64,000 nucleotides of DNA, taken from a virus. This document shows, one piece after another, positions 39,199-48,004 of the stretch. The DNA is taken from the IMG/VR virus record IMGVR_UViG_3300050138_000176, positions 22,505 to 86,504 of that record. The stretch is one strand, 5' to 3'. The notes beneath the pieces were generated by a model. It worked only from the letters and a program-made list of their open reading frames with translations, was not told the origin of the DNA and made no database searches. Made by a program: the position numbers and the translations under genes. Every line of letters begins with the position of its first letter. The first letter of the stretch is position 1.

Positions 39199-39545
39199 AC
39201 GACCTATTGAAAACATTGATCGAAAAACTATCACCAGAAGGCGCGGAACGAGTGGCTCTAATCATGGCGGATCGGCTCGGCGGCAACATGCAAATCGCGC
39301 TGCCGCGACTGGAGGCCATGACTGCCACGCTCTGCTCCACCGACGACAGCGCGGGCCAAGCCTGCAAGGAAGCCTGCGACCGGCTGCTGGCCGCCATTGC
39401 TGGCGCATCCAAGTGGAGCGGAGTGCCGACGCCTGAAGAAACCTACGGAAGTAATATCGGCTGGGCTACCGGCGACGCCATTAAAACGATTCACGCGCTC
39501 ACCGCCAAGTTAATCGACATCGCCGCTCCGAAAGTGCAATTCTAA
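39195..39545 (+). CDS. Hypothetical protein
   Basis: Coupled ORF. Confidence 0.5.
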   Translation: MNDLLKTLIEKLSPEGAERVALIMADRLGGNMQIALPRLEAMTATLCSTDDSAGQACKEACDRLLAAIAGASKWSGVPTPEETYGSNIGWATGDAIKTIHALTAKLIDIAAPKVQF

Positions 39546-39546
39546 C

Positions 39547-40023
39547 ATGACCAAGCTGGACACCATGCGGCGGGAGCTGCGCGAGCGTGTCGAGCGTGCG
39601 CTGCGCGGCGAGTCCTCGCTGCCGGTCAAGCGCCAGTTGCCGCCGCTGGTCACGGCGGCCAGCGTGCTCGCGGAAATCGGCGACAGGAAACGGTTGCGCC
39701 AGTCCAGCAAGCCGCTCTGCAACAAGCTGGAGGCATCGTGGGGCGAGCACCTGAAGCGGACGCTGCCGCCGGAATCGCTTCCGACGTTGCGGCCACAGGC
39801 GATCCAGTTTCGCCTGTGTAACGGTTCTCAGTATCGACCAGACTGGACTGCGCTGGTGGCCGGGAAGCCGATTGCTTGGGAGTGTAAAGGCGGATCGAAA
39901 ATGCACGGAGCGTCAAAGGGGGTCCAAACTGTGAAGCTGGCGGCGTCGCTGTGGCCGGAGTGGACATGGATTTTCGTGTGGCGGGAGCGCGGTGAATGGT
40001 TCACGCAGGCCGTGTTATCATAA
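39547..40023 (+). CDS. PD-(D/E)XK endonuclease (resolvase-like)
   Basis: YRPDW...WECKG. Confidence 0.65.
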   Translation: MTKLDTMRRELRERVERALRGESSLPVKRQLPPLVTAASVLAEIGDRKRLRQSSKPLCNKLEASWGEHLKRTLPPESLPTLRPQAIQFRLCNGSQYRPDWTALVAGKPIAWECKGGSKMHGASKGVQTVKLAASLWPEWTWIFVWRERGEWFTQAVLS

Positions 40024-40162
40024 AACCCTTGCAAACATTGAACGTAATCGGTGATAAAATACTTTAAGATATCCGTTGACATCATTCCCGTAAATGGTAT
40101 CTTGTCTCCATAAAGGCGCTGGCAACGTGCCGGGGCCAAGACGGTAAATGACTACGACTATG
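40023..40162 (+). repeat. Early promoter/leader cassette, copy 2
   Basis: Direct repeat of 11742-11883; TTGACA-N16-TATCTT. Confidence 0.9.
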
Positions 40163-40570
40163 ACAACGAAACAAATCGACAAGCAGTTTCTGAAACTCAT
40201 GCGGCCAGACATCGATGCCGCGCTCAAGGCGGTCGCCGAAAAGTACGGTGTCCAAATCGCGACAGGCAACGCTTCGTTCTCAGCCAACGAAGCCACCTAC
40301 AAACTCAAGGTCAATGTGATCGGCGAAGGCGGCAAGGTGCTGACGCAGGAAGTGGAACGGCTGGCGCAGTACGGCGAGATGATCGGCCTGCCCGGCGTCA
40401 AGCATGGCGACAAGTTCACCCACAAGGGAAGCGGCTACACGATCTACGGACTCAAAGCCGATATTTCTGGCAAGCATCCGGTAATTGTCGATGGTGCTGC
40501 CGGTCGCCGGTACGCGTTCCCTGTATCCATTATTCAAACCGCCTTAAACACCCAACATAAACCGGCATGA
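40160..40570 (+). CDS. Hypothetical early protein
   Basis: ORF directly after the cassette. Confidence 0.6.
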   Translation: MTTKQIDKQFLKLMRPDIDAALKAVAEKYGVQIATGNASFSANEATYKLKVNVIGEGGKVLTQEVERLAQYGEMIGLPGVKHGDKFTHKGSGYTIYGLKADISGKHPVIVDGAAGRRYAFPVSIIQTALNTQHKPA

Positions 40571-40881
40571 CCACCACCCAAAAGCTACAGTGCCGCACCC
40601 TGCTGCGGGCCACCGAGCACATCATAGGAAATGACCGGTACGAAGCCTGTATGGAGGGTGAGTTTGAAAGCGGCAAGTTCAGCAGCCACGGGCCGCAGGC
40701 CAACGCCAAGGAAGTCCGGTCCATGCTGGACACGGTCGGCGTCACGGCGGCGGAAGCCGTGGCCATGCTCACCGAGATTGACCTGAGCCACCGGATACTG
40801 CCGGAGTGCGGGCCGGGCCGCTACCGGGACGCCGCGTGCTGGATCGAACAGGCGCTGACGCCGGAACTGGAGGCTGCATGA
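40567..40881 (+). CDS. Hypothetical protein
   Basis: Coupled ORF. Confidence 0.5.
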   Translation: MTTTQKLQCRTLLRATEHIIGNDRYEACMEGEFESGKFSSHGPQANAKEVRSMLDTVGVTAAEAVAMLTEIDLSHRILPECGPGRYRDAACWIEQALTPELEAA

Positions 40882-41093
40882 ACCCAATAATTTCGGCAGG
40901 CCATAAAGGCCGGCGAGCCACCGCGCCGGAATACAAGACCGGCGATGCACGGGCCGTCCTGCCGACTCGGTCGTCACAGGTTCAATCGCCGGGCGGTGGC
41001 GCAATTCAAATGACCGAACAGGAGAAGGCAGAATTGAACGCTGCCTTCGAGCGGGCGCTGAACCCGAAGCGGATCGTGACGCGGGACTACGGG

Positions 41094-42316
41094 CTTAATA
41101 ATAATACTTGATGTTCTAAACAAATCAGCTATTTTATTTAAAATGTTACGCGCATATAAATATCGCCTATATCCAAATGTTGAACAAAAGGTGTTATTAT
41201 CTAAACACTTTGGCTGCGTGCGATGGGTTTGGAATTGGGCACTGGCGGAGCGCACAAAGGTTTATGAGGCAACCAAGAAAATGGTATCCAAATACGAGCT
41301 ATGCAAGCGGTTGCCGGTAATGAAGAAGCAGGAGGCGACTGAGTGGCTTGGTGAAGTAAACGCGCAAAGTTTGCAGGGGGCGCTTCATAATCTGGACGAG
41401 GCTTACACCAAATTCTTCAGGGAAAAGAAAGGATTTCCAAAATTCAAATCCAAGCATAACTACCAGAGTTTCCAATGCCCGCAAGGAAGCGATGTAGATT
41501 TCAAGGCTGGTAGCATAAGCATTGTAAAATTACCAAGCATCAGGGCCAAGACCAGCCGTGAATTCAAAGGAAAAATAAAAACAGTCAGCATCAGCATGAC
41601 GCCAACCGGGAAGTATTTTGCCAGCGTATTGGTGGACGATGGCAAGCCGGAGCCGGAGCAAAAGAAACGGATCAATTCATCTAAGACTGTTGGTGTGGAT
41701 GTTGGAATCACCCACTTTGCCACACTGTCAACCGGGGAGAAAGTGGAGAACCCGAAGTACCTGACAAGGGCGTTGCGGAAGCTCCGCCGTGCGCAACGCA
41801 GGCAGGCTCGACGGGTTAAGGGTAGCAAGAATCGGCAGAAGGCACGGCATCAAGTCGCTCTAATCCATGAGCGTGTAACCAACCGTCGCAATGATTTTCA
41901 GCACAAGTTATCAACACGTCTTATCCGCGAGAACCAAGCGGTCTGTTTAGAGACGTTGAACATTGCTGGAATGCAGAAGAATACACGACGGGCACGGGCC
42001 ATAAGCGATGCGGCATGGGGTCAGTTCGTGACCATGCTCGAGTACAAGGCCCGGTGGCAAGGAAAGACCGTGCTGCGGATCGGGCAATTTGAGCCGTCCA
42101 GCAAGTTGTGTTCATGCGGTGTTATCAATCAGGAACTAAAGTTGTCCGACCGCACTTGGAAGTGCGGCAGTTGTGGGATAAAACACGACCGCGACATCCT
42201 TGCCGCGAACAACATCAAGCGGATGGCCTTGCATCCGGGGAACTTTTTAGCGCAGGGTATGCGCGAATTTACGCCTGTGGAGACTGGCAGTAGCCGGTCG
42301 TTGAAGCAGGAATTGG
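41094..42316 (+). mobile_element. Non-autonomous tnpB-only element (IS200/IS605/IS607 superfamily)
   Basis: AT-rich left end, tnpB, omega-RNA-like 3' end (GAATTTACGCCTGTGGAG...GAAGCAGGAA); GGC at both junctions; no tnpA; ends inferred. Confidence 0.6.
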
Positions 42317-42321
42317 CATGA
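41143..42321 (+). CDS. tnpB: TnpB RNA-guided endonuclease
   Basis: AYKYRLYP HTH, GVDVG (RuvC-I), LETL (RuvC-II), Zn ribbon, HDRDILAANNI (RuvC-III). Confidence 0.95.
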   Translation: MLRAYKYRLYPNVEQKVLLSKHFGCVRWVWNWALAERTKVYEATKKMVSKYELCKRLPVMKKQEATEWLGEVNAQSLQGALHNLDEAYTKFFREKKGFPKFKSKHNYQSFQCPQGSDVDFKAGSISIVKLPSIRAKTSREFKGKIKTVSISMTPTGKYFASVLVDDGKPEPEQKKRINSSKTVGVDVGITHFATLSTGEKVENPKYLTRALRKLRRAQRRQARRVKGSKNRQKARHQVALIHERVTNRRNDFQHKLSTRLIRENQAVCLETLNIAGMQKNTRRARAISDAAWGQFVTMLEYKARWQGKTVLRIGQFEPSSKLCSCGVINQELKLSDRTWKCGSCGIKHDRDILAANNIKRMALHPGNFLAQGMREFTPVETGSSRSLKQELA

Positions 42322-42572
42322 GGCCAAATACCAAGGCGTCTGGTGGCTGCTACTTCCAACGCAGGCCAGACATGAAACGGAAACCGCGCAGCGACGGCGA
42401 CGACTTTAACATCCAACTCTGGTAACGCTATGAAACCCATCAAACTAACCGACCCAGTTCCCGGCGACCGCGCCCGGCTCCGTGGCGTCCTGCGGCTGGT
42501 CCTGGCGACTGCCGCCGTGCTGTCCCTGGCCCTGCTCTGGTCGCTGGTATGGGCCGCCACGAGGAGCGTCCG

Positions 42573-43568
42573 ATGAAAGTGCCGCTATTGGAGGCTGCGC
42601 ACGACAAGCTGTCAAAGCACATGCCGACCGCACTCGCTGCGTTCGGTCCGCGCCGCTACGTGCCGCCGAACGGCTACACGAACCCGCGCTACTACGCGGC
42701 GATGCAGTGCGCGATCAACCAAGCGAGAAAGGAAGGATTCAAGGACAAGGCGATGGTGAACTACGCGGCGGTCGGCTATCGACTTGCCGAGTTTGGAGTG
42801 CCGACCTACTTCGTGAAGCACGGGTTCGCCGCCGCGATACTGGCGACAGATCCGCCGCATGGCATGACCGTGGCCGACGTGGTCTGGCCTATGCCAGCGA
42901 TCCTGTTCGTTCTGCCGGACAGCTTGGCATGCGCGTTCTTCGGCAGGCCGGTTCCGTTCATCGCACTGTCCATGCTTCAACAGGGCGACCAGCGGCCACC
43001 CACCTGCCTCGCTGCCGAGCGGCTGCCGACGCTTATGGTGAAAGGTGACGGCGCGGTGCTGCACGGTGTCCAGATATTCAACGGCGGCCCGGTGGACTAC
43101 ACGATGGCCTGCTCCCGGCCAAGGCTGCTCACGGAACTGTGCAAGGATGATAAGATACATATTCCGGCAGAGGAAGGCTCGTTGCTGGCCGAGGCCAACA
43201 AGCCGGAGAACCAGATACCACGCGACGAAGATGTGGGAACGATTAACCGGATGACCACGCTGGCGTTCGGCCTCGTGCTCGCCATGATGGCGCGACCGGA
43301 ACTGGCGGACCCAGACCAAGGCGTCGAGCGGTCGGCCAAAGTTAGGAACGGAGTCACCGTGCAGGACGCGCTCTGGCACCCGAACTTTGTCGGTCGCAAT
43401 TACAAGGTCCACCGGAGCGAACCCCAGGGCGGCTCGCACCTGTCGCCGAAGATGCACTGGCGGCGCGGCCACTACAGGCACCAGCACCACGGCAAAGGTA
43501 ACGAATTGGTGAAGCTGGTGCTGATAGACGCCGTGCTGGTCAACGCGGAAACGGAGGCCGCGTCGTGA
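42573..43568 (+). CDS. Phage protein with SPxxHWRRGH motif
   Basis: SPKMHWRRGHYRHQ near C-terminus. Confidence 0.65.
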   Translation: MKVPLLEAAHDKLSKHMPTALAAFGPRRYVPPNGYTNPRYYAAMQCAINQARKEGFKDKAMVNYAAVGYRLAEFGVPTYFVKHGFAAAILATDPPHGMTVADVVWPMPAILFVLPDSLACAFFGRPVPFIALSMLQQGDQRPPTCLAAERLPTLMVKGDGAVLHGVQIFNGGPVDYTMACSRPRLLTELCKDDKIHIPAEEGSLLAEANKPENQIPRDEDVGTINRMTTLAFGLVLAMMARPELADPDQGVERSAKVRNGVTVQDALWHPNFVGRNYKVHRSEPQGGSHLSPKMHWRRGHYRHQHHGKGNELVKLVLIDAVLVNAETEAAS

Positions 43569-43963
43569 CCGCCACCGAACCGAAGCTGGACGTGGACAAG
43601 CATCTCATGGAGAAATCCATCGCGCAGCTTCTGTTCAAGGCTGGACCGTGCCGCGCCGTGGCCGTAGCCATTGCCAAAGCATTTCTGGACTCGCCGGGAG
43701 ATTCCGTTTGGAGTGATGAAGTTCAGTTACCGGAACTGGCGGCAGATGACAAGAATGTGATCGGCACCGCATGGAAGAACTTGGCGCGGCTCGGACTGGT
43801 TCAGCGGCAGGAGGGTGTCGGCGACCATAGACGCAGTACCCGGGAGGCCAGCCGCGGGAGAACTGTGTGGCGCTACAGGATAATGGACGCCGCATCGTTG
43901 CGCACGTTCCTTGCCCGCAACGGCGGCAGCAACGGCGTCCAGTCGCAGCCGGAACTATTATGA
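43565..43963 (+). CDS. Hypothetical winged-helix-like protein
   Basis: Coupled ORF; LARLGLV...VWRY. Confidence 0.5.
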   Translation: MTATEPKLDVDKHLMEKSIAQLLFKAGPCRAVAVAIAKAFLDSPGDSVWSDEVQLPELAADDKNVIGTAWKNLARLGLVQRQEGVGDHRRSTREASRGRTVWRYRIMDAASLRTFLARNGGSNGVQSQPELL

Positions 43964-44228
43964 AATGGACTGCTAAAAAACCAGATAGAAACGGATGGTG
44001 GTGGATGAGAACGGTTTGCGGATCAATAGCAACGGACAGGCCGGTCGAAGTAATGCAAATGAGATACACGGTTGAACGCGCCGGCAGGTTCTTTTACCGA
44101 AACTACCCGTATCTTTCCATCTATTACAACGAACAGTGGAGAGACATAAAAACCGTTGGCAATGATGCAAGGACGCGCTGGTCAGACGCCCCAATTCGAG
44201 CACCGCTCAAAGAAAGCGATTAAAGATG

Positions 44229-44282
44229 TTGACATCCGGCATCCACCGGCCAATATATCACCAGTTAAATGACAACGACTAA
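44229..44282 (+). promoter_or_regulatory. Putative promoter and leader motif
   Basis: TTGACA-N16-CAATAT; TAAATGACAACGACTAA. Confidence 0.55.
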
Positions 44283-44379
44283 TAACAGATAACAAAAACA
44301 CCTTCCCTCCGTGCCCGGTCGCCGCACGGAGCGGACACGGTAACAGGCGGCCACAAACAACAACACAAAGATAACAAGT

Positions 44380-44877
44380 ATGGCAAAAATCAAAAAGACA
44401 ACGGCAGGCAAACCAAAAGCCCGTGGCGGCCTCGCGGCGGCAGCGGCGGCGCGGCTGGCATCTGGTGACGGCAGCGTCACGGAAGGCAAGGCGCAGATCA
44501 AGGCCCGAAAAAAGGCGGAGAAGGCCCAGGCCAAAGCCGACAAAAAGACGGCAAAAGCTGCTGCCAAGGCCGCGAAGTCCAACGGCAGCAACGGTGACAA
44601 GCCGCCCGGTGAAGGTCGCATGAACAAAATCATGGGGCATTCCGTGTGTTCCATCCTGCATCTGCTCGGTAAAAAGAAGGTGTCAACGGCGCGTTCGACC
44701 GCCATTCTCGCGGCCAACGGTATCACCGGTATGCCGCCGAAAAGCCTGTATGTCCACCTCAACCTCGGCAAGAACGGCGTCCGTGCGGCGGCGGCATTGA
44801 CGGATGAACAATACGAAGAACTGCTGGCAAGTGCGCCGGAACCGGTGACGGAATCGCCCGTCGCTAAAGCGGCTTAA
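44380..44877 (+). CDS. Lys/Ala-rich histone-H1-like basic protein
   Basis: KKAEKAQAKADKKTAKAAAKAAK tract. Confidence 0.6.
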   Translation: MAKIKKTTAGKPKARGGLAAAAAARLASGDGSVTEGKAQIKARKKAEKAQAKADKKTAKAAAKAAKSNGSNGDKPPGEGRMNKIMGHSVCSILHLLGKKKVSTARSTAILAANGITGMPPKSLYVHLNLGKNGVRAAAALTDEQYEELLASAPEPVTESPVAKAA

Positions 44878-44930
44878 TCACGCGACCGCACGCTCCGTCG
44901 CGCACTAAGGCTGCGCGACGGAGAGACGCC

Positions 44931-45569
44931 ATGAAGTATTACTATGACGACGGCAAAGGCATCCGCATCATCCTTGGTGATTGCCGGGAATTGCTGCCGC
45001 AATTGGACAAGGTTGATCTATGCTTGGTCGATCCGCCGTACGGGGCCGCAATGACTGGCGGAACTTGGGGAAAGAAAATGGATTCGACATACAAAAAATG
45101 GGATGCCATTCCGTTTGATGACACGGACATCCTGAGATCGGCGGCGGCAACCTGCATAATATGGGGCGGAAACTATTTCAGTCTGCCGCCGTCAAGGGGC
45201 TGGCTTATATGGAGGAAGCCTTACATGCCGACGATGGCAGACGCAGAAATGGCGTGGACAAACATAGATATGAACACGCGGGTCTTTGAGTCCATCCGGG
45301 CTGATGGAGGAAAGCAGTTTCATCCAACGGCCAAACCGCTCAAGTTGATGACGTGGTGCCTGACATTTACGCCCGATGCCAGAACAGTTATTGATCCGCT
45401 GATGGGCGGCGGCACCACGCTGCGGGCCTGCAAAGACTTGGGGCTTTCCTGCACTGGAATCGACATCAACGAATCTTATTGTGAGGCGGCGGCGCGGCGT
45501 CTGGAGCAGGAGTGCCTGACGCTGTCACCGGTACAAACGGAAACAAACATCGAACTATTTGCAACATGA
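44931..45569 (+). CDS. N6A DNA methyltransferase (paralog of 26590)
   Basis: GDC, VDPPYG, HPTAKP, DPLMGGGTT. Confidence 0.9.
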   Translation: MKYYYDDGKGIRIILGDCRELLPQLDKVDLCLVDPPYGAAMTGGTWGKKMDSTYKKWDAIPFDDTDILRSAAATCIIWGGNYFSLPPSRGWLIWRKPYMPTMADAEMAWTNIDMNTRVFESIRADGGKQFHPTAKPLKLMTWCLTFTPDARTVIDPLMGGGTTLRACKDLGLSCTGIDINESYCEAAARRLEQECLTLSPVQTETNIELFAT

Positions 45570-45777
45570 AAACAATGTCAATCGGCGACCACCAGGTGAA
45601 CGAACTCCCCAGCGGCGACGTGGAGATTGTAATAACCGAGCGCGGCAAGGTTCTGGACGGCAGCGGGAACCCAATGGGCCGGTGCGGTGCGCCGGCAATC
45701 TCAACTACCATTACGATCCCAAAGCGTGACCGGCAGCGGCTCGCCGACCTGCTGCTGGGCCAGGAGGAGCTGCCGCT

Positions 45778-46380
45778 GTGACTGGAACGCTCCATCAAAG
45801 TCAGTTGCTGCCACAGGATAACAAATTCCATGTCGGCAACAGCTCTGATGGCAAGCACTACTGGCTGACACCGGAGAAGTTGTACTCCGATCTTGATGCA
45901 GAGTTTCATTTCAACTTTGACCCGTGCCCGCACCCGGTTCCGAAAGGCTTTGACGGCCTGACGTGCGAGTGGGGAACCAGCAACTACGTGAATCCTCCAT
46001 TCGGATCCATTATGCACAACGGCAAAAAGAAAGGCCCGACCGCATGGATGCGAAAGGCCATTGAACAACAGGGCAAAGGAAGGTTATCGGTCGTCGTTTA
46101 CCCGGTGGACAAATGGGTGCTGATGATGCTGGCTGCAACCGGGGCACCGAACATTCGCAATCTTGGCGACGTGAAATGGTGCGCTACTGAGGACGGTTCG
46201 GAAGGCAAAGGCACGGGACGCCACATTGCCGCGTTCATTTTATATCCAAAAATAGTCGTTGAAAAGATAACGGAAACTGGTATCGTTGAAACAGTAAGCG
46301 GCGGCACACCTCTGCCGCAGCGGCACACCTCTGCCGCAGCGGTAAACGACTACGACTATGAACGACAACCAGAACTTTAA
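45778..46380 (+). CDS. Phage Dam-like N6-adenine methyltransferase
   Basis: WLTP, FDPCP, DGL..EW, YVNPPF. Confidence 0.8.
   Translation: MTGTLHQSQLLPQDNKFHVGNSSDGKHYWLTPEKLYSDLDAEFHFNFDPCPHPVPKGFDGLTCEWGTSNYVNPPFGSIMHNGKKKGPTAWMRKAIEQQGKGRLSVVVYPVDKWVLMMLAATGAPNIRNLGDVKWCATEDGSEGKGTGRHIAAFILYPKIVVEKITETGIVETVSGGTPLPQRHTSAAAVNDYDYERQPEL
46301..46342 (+). repeat. Exact 19 bp tandem duplication, each copy a hairpin
   Basis: GCGGCACACCTCTGCCGCA twice, then GCGG. Confidence 0.9.
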
Positions 46381-46669
46381 AGTCACCGACCGCCTCCGCG
46401 CCCGCGACATGGCCGCGTACCGGCTGCTGTGCTCCGAGGTCGCCGCCGCTCAATATGATGGCAAGCCACACGCGCATCTCACCAAGAGCCTGATAGAAAT
46501 AAATGACAGATACGGCGGTAAACCGCCGCAACCGCTCCCGGCACCGCCACTGGCCCAGTGGCCCGGCGCCGGGTGGCGGGAGCTGGCGCAGGAGCGGGCG
46601 GAGGCGGGTGACGAGTTCGTTTGGGACACCGTGAAGCAGGCGTACCGTGGCCGCAGGAAGATAGCATGA
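46358..46669 (+). CDS. Hypothetical protein
   Basis: ATG lies within the GACTACGACTATG motif. Confidence 0.55.
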   Translation: MNDNQNFKVTDRLRARDMAAYRLLCSEVAAAQYDGKPHAHLTKSLIEINDRYGGKPPQPLPAPPLAQWPGAGWRELAQERAEAGDEFVWDTVKQAYRGRRKIA

Positions 46670-46753
46670 ATCTAACTTGCCCAAAATGCAACCGTGTCCT
46701 GCCGCCGATGCGCTGCTGATTCTTGACTACGCAATCACTATAACCCCAATACC

Positions 46754-47071
46754 ATGAAACTCACACTAATCCTCCTAACCTGCCTCGCGCTTTCGGGGTG
46801 TTCAAAACAGCCAAAACAAGTGCAGCGTATTTATCAAACAAACTACGTGAAATCACAAATTGTTTTTTACACAGGAAGTCCACCGCCTAAACTTTATCAG
46901 GTGGTCAGCAATGGAGACGCCTACGCCTTGCTAAAGCCAGACGGCACACTCACAGACCAAGACGAGACGAAAGATAAATTGATCGAACGCATGGAGTATC
47001 TGAACTGCTCCACAATTCCGGGCTACTGGACAAACAAATGGACAATCTGCGAACCACCCACAAACCACTGA
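46754..47071 (+). CDS. Lipoprotein (AT-rich gene)
   Basis: Signal ending in lipobox LSGC. Confidence 0.65.
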   Translation: MKLTLILLTCLALSGCSKQPKQVQRIYQTNYVKSQIVFYTGSPPPKLYQVVSNGDAYALLKPDGTLTDQDETKDKLIERMEYLNCSTIPGYWTNKWTICEPPTNH

Positions 47072-47074
47072 TAT

Positions 47075-47911
47075 ATGAGCACTTTTAAAAGTATAAATGA
47101 GATTCAAGAGATGATTGACGGCGGACAACTTCGAGGAATAGACCAACAACTGTTAAATCACATTAAACAACTCACCGTCGATGTCGAGAAGTTGAAGGAG
47201 GCGAAAGGAATGTTCCCACCCGAAAGCGAACAAGCCATCAAATGGAACGCTTGGATGCTCGATTTAATCGCAAGAGGCAAAACAGTCGCGTCAAAGGTTT
47301 CCAACGAACATGCCCAAGTCATTCTTGACCTTGTTCGTGAACTGGACAACGAGCGTTGTGTGATGACTCACAAGGCTAATCTTTTCGCGGTTAAACATGA
47401 CAGCAAACAGCTACGCGACCAGTTGCAGAGGTTGCATGATGAAACACACGCCTATCTCGGAATAGACCGTTTCAGAATTGAGCAGAATCCAGTTCGTAAA
47501 CAACTCCACTCTTCTCGCAACCTACTGGCGGGAGTGGAGAAGGGGGAGGCTAACTCCGTGCCGCTGAACAAACTAGCAGATTATTATGCAATGGAAGCCC
47601 AACTCCAAGCTTCCAAACATTTGAGCGAGAGCAGGAGAAAAATATTGAACCATTTGCATACTTATTTACAGACAGAACTACCAGTCTGGCTCTCATCAGA
47701 GCTACTGCACCAAGTATATGTTCTTGCACAAGAATCTACCCCTCAACCACCAGATGCAGAGAGTTCACTGTCCAATTCTTTGCAAGACCGCGTGGCGAAG
47801 GCTTTGGTGTTGTTGAATTCACACTGTGACCACCACTCTGGCGACTGTCCTTGTGGAGCGTGTGCAAGCAAAACTATCCTCTCCGGCGACGAGAAAGAAG
47901 GTGTGGTGTGA
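47075..47911 (+). CDS. Coiled-coil hypothetical protein (AT-rich gene)
   Basis: 278 aa ORF; low GC relative to genome. Confidence 0.6.
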   Translation: MSTFKSINEIQEMIDGGQLRGIDQQLLNHIKQLTVDVEKLKEAKGMFPPESEQAIKWNAWMLDLIARGKTVASKVSNEHAQVILDLVRELDNERCVMTHKANLFAVKHDSKQLRDQLQRLHDETHAYLGIDRFRIEQNPVRKQLHSSRNLLAGVEKGEANSVPLNKLADYYAMEAQLQASKHLSESRRKILNHLHTYLQTELPVWLSSELLHQVYVLAQESTPQPPDAESSLSNSLQDRVAKALVLLNSHCDHHSGDCPCGACASKTILSGDEKEGVV

Positions 47912-47951
47912 GTGATGATTTATTCTGCGCGATTTGCCGCCGGAAAATCAT

Positions 47952-48004
47952 TTGACATCTACTCCGTGATAACCTACCTTCCATCCAGTTATGACAGCGA
48001 CTAC
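47952..48004 (+). promoter_or_regulatory. Putative promoter and degenerate leader motif
   Basis: TTGACA-N17-TACCTT; GTTATGACAGCGACTAC. Confidence 0.55.
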
